Shown here in pieces: positions 38,205 through 48,386 of a DNA stretch of 52,465 bases. The notes under the pieces are model-generated. The model made no database searches. It saw only the letters and a program-made list of their open reading frames with translations, and was not told the DNA's origin. Source of the stretch: Bacteroidales bacterium. GTDB taxonomy: Bacteria; Bacteroidota; Bacteroidia; Bacteroidales; GWF2-35-48. Both the position numbers and the translations under genes were made by a program. Numbering within the stretch: position 1 is the stretch's first letter; every line of letters begins with the position of its first letter. The DNA lies in contig JAVHQG010000140.1 in NCBI GenBank assembly GCA_036171035.1, positions 1 to 52,465 of the forward strand. Direction: 5' to 3'.

Positions 38205-39738
38205 TCTGCTTTTTTGGCTTTTTACTGAAAAATTGTTTCATTGAACTTATGTATAAAGCCGGATTCATAAGCACGGATTCGTTTGCTGCTTTGTATGTTA
38301 AAAAAACTCCCAATGGCAGTAGTATAAATGAAGATAGCCACATCCCGGCAAGTGGAGAAATAACCTCTTCGCGTACAAATTTTTCGCCTGTGATGGAAAT
38401 CACATAATATATAATAAAGAAAACGACAGAGATTACCATTGGCATTCCCAGCCCTCCTTTGCGAATAATAGCTCCTAATGGTGCCCCAATGAAAAATAAA
38501 ACCAAACATGCAAATGATAAAGTAAATTTTCTGTGCCATTCAATTTCATGACGTAATAAATTTTTTGTTTTAAAATCGAAGTCATTTGAAGCTGCATTTA
38601 CATATGTTTTTACTGATCTGGCTAAGTTTGCAGCATAGTCAGCAATTTGCTGTCGTTGAGAAACTTTTAGCGATTTATACAGACTGTCAACATTAATATT
38701 TATGGGAGTTACTTTTGAAAAAGTGTCTTTTGAAGCGGAAGTTATTTTTTTGATTTTAATAGGTGATATCGCATTTGAATCTGTTGGATTTCTTGCCGGC
38801 ATCTCTGCCGATTCCATATCAGGCGAATCTTGTACTTTTTTCAGTATAGTTGATTTTATAAAGCCATCAACAAAAGCAGCACGGCGTTCGTCAAAATATT
38901 TTTTCAAAGAATCCATTGCTCTATTTAATTGTTTGATAGTGAACATTTGAAAATTATTATTAAATAAATTCTCATTTGATCGTGTAAATTTTAGACCGGA
39001 TAGGTCAAGTAAAACTCTTTGTTCTTCAAATTTTTGTCTTTGATGAGGAAGTGTTTTTTCATATTTTTGCTTTTCCTTGTCATTTTGTTCTTCATAGGTG
39101 CATCCGTTCTGAAGTGTCATGACAAGATAATGTCGGTCTTTAGACATATTCATTGTTCCCGATTGAGCGATGGTAACTGTTTTGTTCCCTGAATTGTTTC
39201 GGTGATCGTAGATCATCATATCGTACATCACATTTTTTACATTATCTTTTCTGCCAATCTTGATACTAAATCCTTCAATGTCTTGATTAAAAATTCCTTC
39301 CTTTATTGATAATTGTGGCTTTTTGTTTTGAATATCGTATAGCAAGGCGTTGAATTTTAGATTTGCCCGTGGCATTACGTTATTTGTAAAGAAAAAAGCC
39401 AAAACGCTAATCATTATGGATAGAATAACCAATGGAAACATGATTTTTTGCAATGAAATTCCGGCAGCTTTTAAGGCTACCAGTTCGTAATTTTCGCCAA
39501 GACTCCCAAATGTCATTATTGAAGAAAGAAGAATAGCAAGTGGAAGTGCCATAGGCACAAGTGTGGCTGAAGTGTAAAGTAATAATTCTGCAATAATGTG
39601 CCATTCCAGCCCTTTCCCAACAATATCGTCAATGTATTTCCATAAAAATTGCAGTAATAATACAAATAATGAAATAAAAAAAGTGAGTATAAACGGACCT
39701 AGATATGATTTTAATATGAATAAATGAAGCTGTTTCAA
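38179..39738 (-). CDS. LptF/LptG-family (YjgP/YjgQ) permease with an enlarged periplasmic domain
   Basis: The N-terminal LFILKSYLGPFILTFFISLFVLLLQFLWKYIDDIVGKGL is the typical LptF/G start. There are three TM helices at each end and a long insert in the middle. Confidence 0.8.
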   Translation of the reverse strand: MKQLHLFILKSYLGPFILTFFISLFVLLLQFLWKYIDDIVGKGLEWHIIAELLLYTSATLVPMALPLAILLSSIMTFGSLGENYELVALKAAGISLQKIMFPLVILSIMISVLAFFFTNNVMPRANLKFNALLYDIQNKKPQLSIKEGIFNQDIEGFSIKIGRKDNVKNVMYDMMIYDHRNNSGNKTVTIAQSGTMNMSKDRHYLVMTLQNGCTYEEQNDKEKQKYEKTLPHQRQKFEEQRVLLDLSGLKFTRSNENLFNNNFQMFTIKQLNRAMDSLKKYFDERRAAFVDGFIKSTILKKVQDSPDMESAEMPARNPTDSNAISPIKIKKITSASKDTFSKVTPININVDSLYKSLKVSQRQQIADYAANLARSVKTYVNAASNDFDFKTKNLLRHEIEWHRKFTLSFACLVLFFIGAPLGAIIRKGGLGMPMVISVVFFIIYYVISITGEKFVREEVISPLAGMWLSSFILLPLGVFLTYKAANESVLMNPALYISSMKQFFSKKPKKQNENTTTNK

Positions 39739-39949
39739 CTGTATGCGGAATTATTTATGTTGTATTTGTATTTTTAAAATTTCCCAAAATTAATCAAAAA
39801 TCAGTTCATTGCTACGAAAAAGCTGATGTGAATAATTTTTAATAACTTCTTTGAAAAAATACAACAACTTATAACTCGAATAATTTACTTCGCTTACACA
39901 AATTGTAGCAAAAAATGAGTTTTTTTACAAGAACTAATTCGATATAACC

Positions 39950-40918
39950 ATGGATAAATTCTCCAAAAATCAAACAATTACAAGCACTGAATTTCAATTT
40001 CCAAAACAAAAAAGTTTTTATAAAGGGAAAGTGCGGGATGTATATAATATTGATGATAAATATTTGGTAATGGTGGTTAGCGATCGTATTTCTGCATTCG
40101 ATGTGGTTTTGCCAAAAGGGATACCATATAAAGGACAAGTGCTAAATCAGATTGCTTCAAAGTTTTTAGATGCAACTACAGATATTGTTCCTAATTGGAA
40201 AATTTCAGTCCCTGATCCAATGGTCACTGTGGGGCATTTATGTAGGCCTTTTCCGGTTGAAATGATTATTCGAGGTTACCTGACAGGGAGTTCGTGGAGG
40301 TCGTACAAGGATGGGAAACGTGAGATTTGTGGTATAAAAATACCCGATGGCATGAAAGAGCATCAACGTTTTGCACAGCCTATAATTACACCTTCAACTA
40401 AGGCTGAACAAGGCATGCACGATGAAGATATTTCTAAAGAAGAAATAATTAACAGAGGGCTTATTTCTTTGCAAGATTATGAAATGCTTGAACTTTATAC
40501 TCAAAAACTTTTTGAGAGAGGCTCTGTGATGGCTAAAGAAAAAGGTTTGATACTGGTTGATACGAAATATGAATTTGGAAAAAAAGATGAAGAAATTTAT
40601 TTGATTGATGAGATTCACACACCAGACTCTTCGCGATATTTTTATTTAGATGGATATGAAGAGCGGCAGCAAAATAATGAACAACAAAAACAACTTTCCA
40701 AAGAATTTGTGCGTGAATGGTTGATGAGTAATGGATTTCAAGGTAAGCAAGGGCAGACATTGCCTGAAATCACAGACGCATATGCGATGAGTGTTTCAGA
40801 ACGATATATTGAGCTTTATGAAAACATTACAGGTGAAAAATTTATTAAAGCAAATATTTCAGATGTTCAAACACGAATCAAAAATAATATTGATAAATTT
40901 CTGACAGGAGTACATTAA
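39950..40918 (+). CDS. purC: Phosphoribosylaminoimidazole-succinocarboxamide (SAICAR) synthase
   Basis: [32 protein letters not shown] and [11 protein letters not shown]...[15 protein letters not shown] are present. Confidence 0.93.
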   Translation: MDKFSKNQTITSTEFQFPKQKSFYKGKVRDVYNIDDKYLVMVVSDRISAFDVVLPKGIPYKGQVLNQIASKFLDATTDIVPNWKISVPDPMVTVGHLCRPFPVEMIIRGYLTGSSWRSYKDGKREICGIKIPDGMKEHQRFAQPIITPSTKAEQGMHDEDISKEEIINRGLISLQDYEMLELYTQKLFERGSVMAKEKGLILVDTKYEFGKKDEEIYLIDEIHTPDSSRYFYLDGYEERQQNNEQQKQLSKEFVREWLMSNGFQGKQGQTLPEITDAYAMSVSERYIELYENITGEKFIKANISDVQTRIKNNIDKFLTGVH

Positions 40919-42489
40919 TTCACTTTTTCAAAAAGCCTGCCCTGCCATGTGTTTCGGGTAAGCATACGTTTTTCAATTTTTGAAATAATTTCAAAATTTT
41001 TAAGCCCTTTCCAATTTGGGCTGATGACCATATCCAGTGGCGATTCACTGATGAAACGTTCAACAATAATTGTGGGATTAAGTTTTTCAAGAAAATCAAT
41101 AACCAACTCAATGTATTCATCTGCAGAATACACTTTAAACCATTCAGGGTGTTGTTCAAATTGTTCAGCCATTTTTGTCCCTTTGATAATTTGCAATTGA
41201 TGTAGTTTAATTGTATGCAAAGGCAATTGAGATAGAAGCACAGCATGATTTAAAATTGTAGAACGATCTTCTCCGGGTAGCCCAATAATTAGATGTGCTC
41301 CGGTGAGGATTTTTTTCTCAGCAGTTAGCCTGATTGCGTTTGCTGATTCTTCAAATGTATGGCAGCGATTGATAAACCATAGTGTATGATCTTTTGTTGA
41401 CTCAACACCGTACTCTATCACGACATAGTGTTTTGCTGAAAGTTCTGCAATATATTCCAATTTCTCGTTATCAACAGCATCTGGTCGGGTTGCAATAACA
41501 ATTCCCATTATTTTTGGAAATGAAAGTGCTTCATTATACAACTTTTTTAATTCTTCTAAGGAAGCATATGTGTTGGTGTATGCTTGAAAATATGCAAGAT
41601 ATTTCTGTGCCTTGTATTTCTCTGAAAAGAAAGCAATTCCTTCTTCCAGTTGTTTTGTAATAGATTTTTCGGGTTCACAATAAAAAGGACTAAACGTTTG
41701 ATTATTACAATAGGTACAGCCACCTGCTCCTTTTGTTCCATCGCGGTTTGGACAAGTAAATCCTGCATTTATTGAAATCTTTTGAATTCGCTGAGAAAAT
41801 GCTCGCTTCATGTAACCACTGTAGTCGTTATAAGGCTTATCAGTCATCCATGCCAATGCTTGCGATTCATCTTCATCTTCTTTTTCAGTATCACCTTCAG
41901 GTTCTGATTCCCATGAATATTCTATTTTTTTTGGACCCTCTTTTCTGTAAAATATTGCCATAAGCAAACCAGCAATTCCACCCATCAGATGCGATTCCCA
42001 TGAGATTCTTTTATGAATTGGAAATACGCCCCATATCATGCTTCCATATAAAAATACGGTTATTAATGAAACGGCCATCAGTCTGAAATCTTTTCGAATG
42101 ATTCCACTGAAAAAAACAAAAGATGCAAGACCATAAACAATTCCACTTGCTCCAATGTGATAAGCCTCTCGTGCACTGAACCAAACCCATGTTCCAGTGA
42201 TTATATAGATCAGAAAAAACACTTTATATGCAATTTTATTATAGAAATAAAATAAGCCTATTCCAAGTGTAAGAAAAGGGATGGTGTTTGCATATAAATG
42301 AGCCATGTCTGCATGAATCAGCGGTGAGAATAAAATACCTGACAGCCCTTTTAGTGTGAGTGGATATATTCCAAAATGCACAAAGCTCGATCCGGTGATG
42401 TTTTCCGAACCTTTAACAGACCAAATAATCAATACGAAAAATATGGGAAAAACCAGACTATGATAAAACCTTTTTACTTCAATATTCAT
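40915..42489 (-). CDS. Fusion protein: rhomboid intramembrane serine protease (N-terminal) plus TIGR01212-type radical SAM protein (C-terminal)
   Basis: Rhomboid motifs: [24 protein letters not shown] (catalytic Ser context) and [11 protein letters not shown] (catalytic His context). After an acidic linker comes [24 protein letters not shown] and a TIM-barrel-like remainder. It is one uninterrupted frame. The start is placed at the ATG at 42489. Confidence 0.8.
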   Translation of the reverse strand: MNIEVKRFYHSLVFPIFFVLIIWSVKGSENITGSSFVHFGIYPLTLKGLSGILFSPLIHADMAHLYANTIPFLTLGIGLFYFYNKIAYKVFFLIYIITGTWVWFSAREAYHIGASGIVYGLASFVFFSGIIRKDFRLMAVSLITVFLYGSMIWGVFPIHKRISWESHLMGGIAGLLMAIFYRKEGPKKIEYSWESEPEGDTEKEDEDESQALAWMTDKPYNDYSGYMKRAFSQRIQKISINAGFTCPNRDGTKGAGGCTYCNNQTFSPFYCEPEKSITKQLEEGIAFFSEKYKAQKYLAYFQAYTNTYASLEELKKLYNEALSFPKIMGIVIATRPDAVDNEKLEYIAELSAKHYVVIEYGVESTKDHTLWFINRCHTFEESANAIRLTAEKKILTGAHLIIGLPGEDRSTILNHAVLLSQLPLHTIKLHQLQIIKGTKMAEQFEQHPEWFKVYSADEYIELVIDFLEKLNPTIIVERFISESPLDMVISPNWKGLKNFEIISKIEKRMLTRNTWQGRLFEKVN

Positions 42490-42646
42490 ATCCTGCAAAA
42501 ATATTAAAAAATGATTAGGGTTTGTGATATTTAATATTTTAGGTTATTATTTGAATTAATAAAAATACTATATTTGACCCAGCTGACTTGTTTTATTAAA
42601 CACATACTCTTTTTGTAACTTATATCAATATTTCAATATTTCAATT

Positions 42647-45049
42647 ATGAAGACAGTAATTTCCTTTCTTATTATTATTGCGTTTATGCCATTCTTACTG
42701 CTTGGTCAAAATAAAGGAGCTGGGAAAATAGATAGCCTTATTAAACAGTTGAAAAGATGTTCTAGTGATACATGTACGATTAATAATCTGAATAAATTAG
42801 CAAAGGAATATCTCAAGATAGATGATGAGAAAAACACAATATTAAGTGCAAAACAAGCCAATGAGCAGGCGATAAAAAAAAATTATCAAGCCGGAATAGC
42901 AGAATCAATTAACTATCTTGGTAAAATTGATAAACGGCATGGGAACAATGAATTAGCGTTGAAAAAATATTATAAGTCGTTAGCAATATTTGAACAACTT
43001 GGTGATACAATCTGGATTTCCCGAAATCTGAACAATATAGGAGAAATATATGTTGCATGGGGTCAGTATGAAAAAGCGATTGATTTTTATTTAAAAGCAT
43101 TGAAGCTGAAACAAGCTAATAAAGACAAAAACGGAGAGGGAATTACATTAAATAGCATTGGGCTGATTTTGTTAAGAGCTGCGAAGCACGAGGAAGCCGT
43201 GAAATATTTTCAGCAGGCATTGAAAATATTTGAAAAGGCAGGAAATAAAAATTTTATGGCATCTACTTATAACAATCTTGGAAATCTTTATTTAAACAGT
43301 TCTGTGGGAAATGATACAGCGAAACTTTACAAGGCTTTAGAATATTTTAATTCCGCCTTGGAAATTGTAAAAATGAGCAGCAAAAAGCGTGATAGGGCTG
43401 ATTTGTTAAACAATATAGGAAATGTTTATGTGCATCTTGCTGATAATTTAAAATCGACTTACAACAGTAAAAAAAATAAAATTAAAGATCGGTACAAACA
43501 TAACATTGAGAAATCTATTGAGTTCTATACTGAATCGCTTAAGGATAGAAAAGATATTAATGATAAAAATGGAATTGCTGCAAGTTATTCAAACATTGGT
43601 GGTGCCTATTCTGATCTTGGGGAATTTCTAAATGATGTATCAACGTTAAATAAGGCGATGTCGTATTTACATGATGCTTTGGCAATAAATAAAGAGCTTA
43701 AAAATTCAACTGAAATATCGATTACACTTTACTACATTTCGCAAAATTATTTTTATTTGAAACAATATGATAAAGCGATCTCGTATCTTGGTGAAAGCGT
43801 TTCTATTTCAAAAGAAATAGATGTAAAAAAAACTGTTATGAAGAGCTATGAATTATATACAAATATTTATGATTCAATAAGAAATTATAAACAGGCATTG
43901 TTTTACGCCAGGCTTTTTTCCGAGATGAAAGATTCAATTACGAACGAAGCATCTGTGAAAGCTATTCAAGAAATGCAAACCAAATATGAAACAGAAAAAA
44001 AAGAAACACAAATTAAGCTGCTTGGATCAGAAAAACTACTTCAGGAAACTAAGATACGACAACAAAAAATTGTTATTATCGCTTTTTTTGCAGGGTTTTT
44101 AATTATACTTGTTTTCTCAATAATTATTTACAAGCAATACCGTGACAAGAAAAAGGCAAATATTCAACTTGCCCAGCAAAACGAAGAAATCAATCAGCAG
44201 AAAGAGGAAATATTGGCGCAGCGTGATGAAATAGAAGGGCAAAAAGATATTGCCGAAAAGCAAAGAGATTACATCACTGATCAGAAGAATGAAATTGATG
44301 ACAGTATAAGATATGCCAAAAGGATACAGCAGGCTGTGTTGCCCCAACTTGAGAATGTGGGTATTTACACAAAGGATATGTTTATCATGTTTAAACCAAA
44401 AGATGTTGTTAGTGGCGATTTTTATTTTGTCAGATATATTGAGCGTTCGGGTGTGTTGCTGGCTGCAGCGGCCGATTGTACAGGGCATGGTGTGCCAGGC
44501 GCATTTATGAGTATGCTTGGTGTTACTTTTCTTAATGAAATCTGTTTAAAACCTGAAATACAACATGCCGGTGAAGTGCTGGATGAGTTACGGAAATATA
44601 TTATTAATTCATTGCATCAGACAGGAAAATTTGGAGAGCAAAAAGATGGGATGGACATTGCACTTGTTGCTATTTTCAGAGAAAAAAAAATACTTGAGTT
44701 TGCCGGTGCAAACAACCCTCTATATTTGTTTCGTAACAATGAATTGCACGAGTATAAAGGTGATAAGATGCCTATTGGAATTCATGATCGAGTCAATCAG
44801 TTATTTGCAAATCAAGTTATCAATATTGAGGAGGACGACAGTTTGTATTTGTTTTCTGATGGCTTTGCCGATCAGTTTGGTGGTATTAAAGGTAAGAAAT
44901 ATATGTATAAAAGATTTAAGGAATTCCTTATGAATATCCACAACAGACCAATGATCGAACAGCAGAAAATGTTAGCACAGGAATCTGTCGATTGGAGAGG
45001 ATCAATTGAACAAATAGATGATCAGTTGATTGTTGGTATTAAGATATAA
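42647..45049 (+). CDS. Signal-peptide TPR array - TM helix - coiled coil - PP2C/SpoIIE-family serine phosphatase
   Basis: Signal peptide ...LLLGQ and about 9 TPR units (NNIGEIYVAWGQYEKAIDFYLKAL...). The TM helix is IVIIAFFAGFLIILVFSIIIY, followed by an E/Q-rich coiled coil. SpoIIE motifs are SGDFYFV, CTGHGVPGAFMS, DGMDIAL and SDGFADQFGG. Confidence 0.85.
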   Translation: MKTVISFLIIIAFMPFLLLGQNKGAGKIDSLIKQLKRCSSDTCTINNLNKLAKEYLKIDDEKNTILSAKQANEQAIKKNYQAGIAESINYLGKIDKRHGNNELALKKYYKSLAIFEQLGDTIWISRNLNNIGEIYVAWGQYEKAIDFYLKALKLKQANKDKNGEGITLNSIGLILLRAAKHEEAVKYFQQALKIFEKAGNKNFMASTYNNLGNLYLNSSVGNDTAKLYKALEYFNSALEIVKMSSKKRDRADLLNNIGNVYVHLADNLKSTYNSKKNKIKDRYKHNIEKSIEFYTESLKDRKDINDKNGIAASYSNIGGAYSDLGEFLNDVSTLNKAMSYLHDALAINKELKNSTEISITLYYISQNYFYLKQYDKAISYLGESVSISKEIDVKKTVMKSYELYTNIYDSIRNYKQALFYARLFSEMKDSITNEASVKAIQEMQTKYETEKKETQIKLLGSEKLLQETKIRQQKIVIIAFFAGFLIILVFSIIIYKQYRDKKKANIQLAQQNEEINQQKEEILAQRDEIEGQKDIAEKQRDYITDQKNEIDDSIRYAKRIQQAVLPQLENVGIYTKDMFIMFKPKDVVSGDFYFVRYIERSGVLLAAAADCTGHGVPGAFMSMLGVTFLNEICLKPEIQHAGEVLDELRKYIINSLHQTGKFGEQKDGMDIALVAIFREKKILEFAGANNPLYLFRNNELHEYKGDKMPIGIHDRVNQLFANQVINIEEDDSLYLFSDGFADQFGGIKGKKYMYKRFKEFLMNIHNRPMIEQQKMLAQESVDWRGSIEQIDDQLIVGIKI

Positions 45050-45082
45050 AAAAAACCACGCTGAAAAGCGTGGCTTTTTTTA
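45048..45082. terminator. Bidirectional intrinsic terminator between convergent genes
   Basis: The stem is ccacgc (45056-61) / gcgtgg (45068-73) with loop tgaaaa. It is flanked by an A-run upstream and a T-run downstream. Confidence 0.7.
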
Positions 45083-45096
45083 TAGAAAATATCAAA

Positions 45097-45552
45097 TTAC
45101 TTAATAAAAGTCATTTTCATTTTTGTACCTCCTTGATCACCACTAACAATTAATTTACTGTCAGAAAGTTCATCAACGTTTAATTTGTCTTCTTTACCGG
45201 CATCACCTTGTTTGGTTGTTAAAGTTTTTCCATCTTCGCTTAAAACCCAAGTTCCTTTGTCTGTTTTTCCATCCATAGCTGATTCAAAAGTTTTGTCATC
45301 TTTGAAAGTCATTGTAAGTGCGCCTTTCATTTTTTCAAAACCTTGTTTCATGCCATCTTCCATTGCTTGTTTCTGTGCTTCTTTAAGGCTGTCTGGAACA
45401 GTTGCAAGTGCTTGTTGAATAACTTCATCAAGATTTGTAATTTCAACGCCATCGCATTTCCATGTAGCAACAAGTTTTTTGCTTGGACCACCTGAACATG
45501 ATACAACAATTGCCACTGCAACTGCCATAACAAAATAAAATAATTTCTTCAT
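45097..45552 (-). CDS. Small lipoprotein, lipocalin-like beta protein of unknown function
   Basis: Lipoprotein signal MKKLFYFVMAVAVAIVVSCSGG (lipobox Cys). The mature part is K/D/T-rich and predicted beta-rich (WKCDG..., GTWVLSEDGKTLTT). The start is placed at the ATG at 45552. Confidence 0.6.
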   Translation of the reverse strand: MKKLFYFVMAVAVAIVVSCSGGPSKKLVATWKCDGVEITNLDEVIQQALATVPDSLKEAQKQAMEDGMKQGFEKMKGALTMTFKDDKTFESAMDGKTDKGTWVLSEDGKTLTTKQGDAGKEDKLNVDELSDSKLIVSGDQGGTKMKMTFIK

Positions 45553-45707
45553 AAACGATTTAATTTTAGTTAAACATAGAGACAAAGATATTACTAATAA
45601 TGAAAAATAAAAAAAAATGTCAGCAATGATTAATTTATGTCATTGTTTACAAATCAAATAAATATAGATCAATAATAGATTGTGTATGGCTTTAGCAGTG
45701 TTAAAAA

Positions 45708-48236
45708 TTATTGTCCGTAATACACAAATGGAGCCCAAAAGAATGGCATTTTCCAACTAGATCCGAAATCGCCATTAATAAATTTTCTTTTTACAATATT
45801 AATAGCCTGCGCATATGTCATATGCTCGTTTTCTGCCTGTTTATACATTTCAACCATAAACTGGGCAGTTGATTTATCTGCTACTTCCCAAAGCGATACC
45901 GAAATTCCATTTGCTCCGGCAATCAAAAATGATTGTGAAAGACCCACCACACCTTCGCCGCTGTATATTTTACCAAGTCCTGTTTCACAGGCGGAGAGAT
46001 TTACAAAATCGGCTTGTAAGTTAAGATCTGCTATTTCTCCCATGCGCAAATATCCATCTTGATTATCTGCAACATTTTTTGATTCTATCTGCGAAAGTAC
46101 TAATGCACTCATTTCAGGCAATTCGGGGATTGTCATTCCATGACACGAAAAATGCAGTACTTTATAATCACCAAGCTTTTTGTCCTTTGCAAGTGATTTA
46201 AAAGTAGATTCGCTTACTTTTGCACCGACAATTGTATCGCATTTATTTACAATCTTTGTAATCGCCCTCACTTCGACTAAACTCCCTTTAAGGTTGCTCC
46301 ATTTTTCATATCCTAATGTCTTATACTCGTCTGAAAGTGCCCTCCCTTCAGCAATTGCTTTATCAACTTTTTTCTGAATATATGATAGTTGCTTTGGATT
46401 TATTTTTCCCATTCCACTACCACGTGTGCCAAGTTTTTCTCCGGCACTCATATCTTCTTTATACGTTTTTTCGTTGTAAACTGCGCCACCGAGTGCTAGC
46501 ATTGACTTTCTGGTTGTAGGGTATTTTCTTGTTTTCAGCATTTCTGAAACGCTTAATGATTGTGTGTATGTAATATCAAAATTTTCTACTATATATTTAT
46601 TGTCAGCATTTAAAAGTGTTTCAAAAGGCAAATAGCCTAATATTCCACCCGGTGCAATTAAAAGGTTTGTATGTCCTGCAATAACATCTTTAACAGGATC
46701 AATCAGAAAATTGTAAAATAGCTTTGATAATTCTTTCAGCTTAGATTCATTCTCGGCTTTGGGTTTCATCAGCATATCACGGTAGCTGTGAATGACTGTC
46801 TCAAATATTTTTTCTTCAAATTTTTTGTCACGATCTTCTTGTTTGGCCACCATGAATGCTTGAAATTTTTCGAGTTCTTCAAATGGAATTTTCGACATGA
46901 TAAATGATTTCACATTTGGGTTATTTAAACTGGTATTTACAAAATCACTTTTGCTTCTTTCAATTGCATTAGCTTTGTCGTTCGTAATAGACATAAGGGT
47001 TATAGCCGGCTGATCAATGGTTGTGAAAATTAGTACAACAGTTTTTGGGTCAAGATTTTTTTGCAAGGTTTCAAGAGATGTCAGCGTAAATGCGTTAGAG
47101 GATTTTGAAAGTCTTTCTGCAAGAACCTTTGAGCTGCTGAGTTCAATGATCCTAAAAGCATTGGTAAAATCATTTTTTTTAATGTATGATAAAATTAAAT
47201 TCTGATAGGTATCAATCTGGCTGGCAAGATAATCTCTGCGGATATCGCCTGGTGCAGTGAGGCGTAGCTTTTCCTTTACTTCAACGGAACGCAGAAAATA
47301 TTTTATTGCTTCATCATAATTTTCAGATAGCTTATAAGCATATCCAATATTGTTTAATCTCTCTGAAATGCTTTTTTGATTGTTCTGTGAAGAGTCTATT
47401 TTTAAAGCTTCCTGATAATATGAAATTGCTTGGTTGTATTGTTTTTTGTGCTGATAAACTGATGCTATATTGTTTAATCGTGTTGCAATTCCTTTCTTGT
47501 TTTCAAGTTTTAAGTCTTCTTGTAGTGCATCCATAAAATATTTTAGTGCCTTGTCATATTCTCGTTTCTTTACATAGATAGAGCCTATGTTATTCATCCT
47601 TATGGCCATTTTTGCGACGTTATCAAGTTCCAGATCTATTTTGAATGATTTGAGGTATTGATCCAGTGCTTTGTCGTTCATATCTTTGCTGTCATATACA
47701 ACACCAATGTTGTTATAAGCTGTAGAAATACCGTCTTTATTGTTATTCTTTGTATAATTATCCAGTGCTTGCTGATAAAATTCCAGTGCTTTTTCATAGT
47801 TCCCCCATGCTTTGTAAACCATTCCTATGTTATTGTATGCTGTCGAAATCCCTTCTTCATTTTTAATTTTTGTATCAATCTTTTGTCCATTTTGAAAGGC
47901 TTCAATTGCTTTATCAAATTGCCCTATGAGATAATAACAGATACCTGATGCAGAATAGGATCTTGATGAAATTTTCATTACAGCATCTGATGAATCTTTC
48001 TTTTTCAAAGCTGCTTGGTGATAGACTTCTGCTGCTTCAAGATATTTTTCTGCCTTGTCTAGAGTATCAGCTTTGTAATATAGCAATTGCTGCGGATCTG
48101 TGATCTTAGGCATTTCTTGTTGTTGCTGTTTTTGATCATTTTTTTCATCTGCATCAAGATCTTCAATTGTAAGCTGTGCAAGAGAAACAGATGCGACAAC
48201 GAATAGAAATATAAATAAAAGAAACGAGGTTTTCAT
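45708..48236 (-). CDS. Secreted TPR-repeat CHAT-domain (caspase-like) protease
   Basis: Signal peptide MKTSFLLFIFLFVVASVSLAQ and about 7 TPR units (YNNIGMVYKAWGNYEKALEFYQQAL...). The C-terminal CHAT dyad contexts are VLHFSCHG (His) and FVNLSACETGLGK (Cys). Confidence 0.85.
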   Translation of the reverse strand: MKTSFLLFIFLFVVASVSLAQLTIEDLDADEKNDQKQQQQEMPKITDPQQLLYYKADTLDKAEKYLEAAEVYHQAALKKKDSSDAVMKISSRSYSASGICYYLIGQFDKAIEAFQNGQKIDTKIKNEEGISTAYNNIGMVYKAWGNYEKALEFYQQALDNYTKNNNKDGISTAYNNIGVVYDSKDMNDKALDQYLKSFKIDLELDNVAKMAIRMNNIGSIYVKKREYDKALKYFMDALQEDLKLENKKGIATRLNNIASVYQHKKQYNQAISYYQEALKIDSSQNNQKSISERLNNIGYAYKLSENYDEAIKYFLRSVEVKEKLRLTAPGDIRRDYLASQIDTYQNLILSYIKKNDFTNAFRIIELSSSKVLAERLSKSSNAFTLTSLETLQKNLDPKTVVLIFTTIDQPAITLMSITNDKANAIERSKSDFVNTSLNNPNVKSFIMSKIPFEELEKFQAFMVAKQEDRDKKFEEKIFETVIHSYRDMLMKPKAENESKLKELSKLFYNFLIDPVKDVIAGHTNLLIAPGGILGYLPFETLLNADNKYIVENFDITYTQSLSVSEMLKTRKYPTTRKSMLALGGAVYNEKTYKEDMSAGEKLGTRGSGMGKINPKQLSYIQKKVDKAIAEGRALSDEYKTLGYEKWSNLKGSLVEVRAITKIVNKCDTIVGAKVSESTFKSLAKDKKLGDYKVLHFSCHGMTIPELPEMSALVLSQIESKNVADNQDGYLRMGEIADLNLQADFVNLSACETGLGKIYSGEGVVGLSQSFLIAGANGISVSLWEVADKSTAQFMVEMYKQAENEHMTYAQAINIVKRKFINGDFGSSWKMPFFWAPFVYYGQ

Positions 48237-48386
48237 AGCGACATGGTATTAGGTATCATACAAAGGAACTTGTTGTTTGGCGTTGGTCGATAATTTATTT
48301 TTACTTCGAGTTACTTCGACAGACTCAATATCCGAAGCTAAGCAACATACGTTTAACAACCGAACTTTATAACGTTATAACTTATT

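Noticed and set aside
37255-38244. Two 154-aa plus-strand ORFs (37255-37719 and 37780-38244). Other long antisense ORFs are of the same kind: 34392-34778, 30155-30511, 11544-11846, 11232-11579, 12221-12577
   Set aside because: All lie fully inside, and antisense to or out of frame with, genes that have strong family signatures (GT4, ribBA, HyfB-like, Crp-family). Their sequences are low-complexity with no motifs. They are typical shadow ORFs of AT-rich genomes.
40915-40918. 4-nt overlap of the convergent purC and rhomboid-rSAM stop codons (ATTAAT)
   Set aside because: This is real but trivial. Compact convergent gene ends are common, and there is no evidence of a regulatory role.
45708-48236. 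Interpreting the TPR-CHAT protein as a type III-E CRISPR (Csx29/Craspase-like) or other cytoplasmic defence protease
   Set aside because: It has a clear N-terminal Sec signal peptide, and no cas or other defence genes are nearby. An extracytoplasmic role is more consistent.
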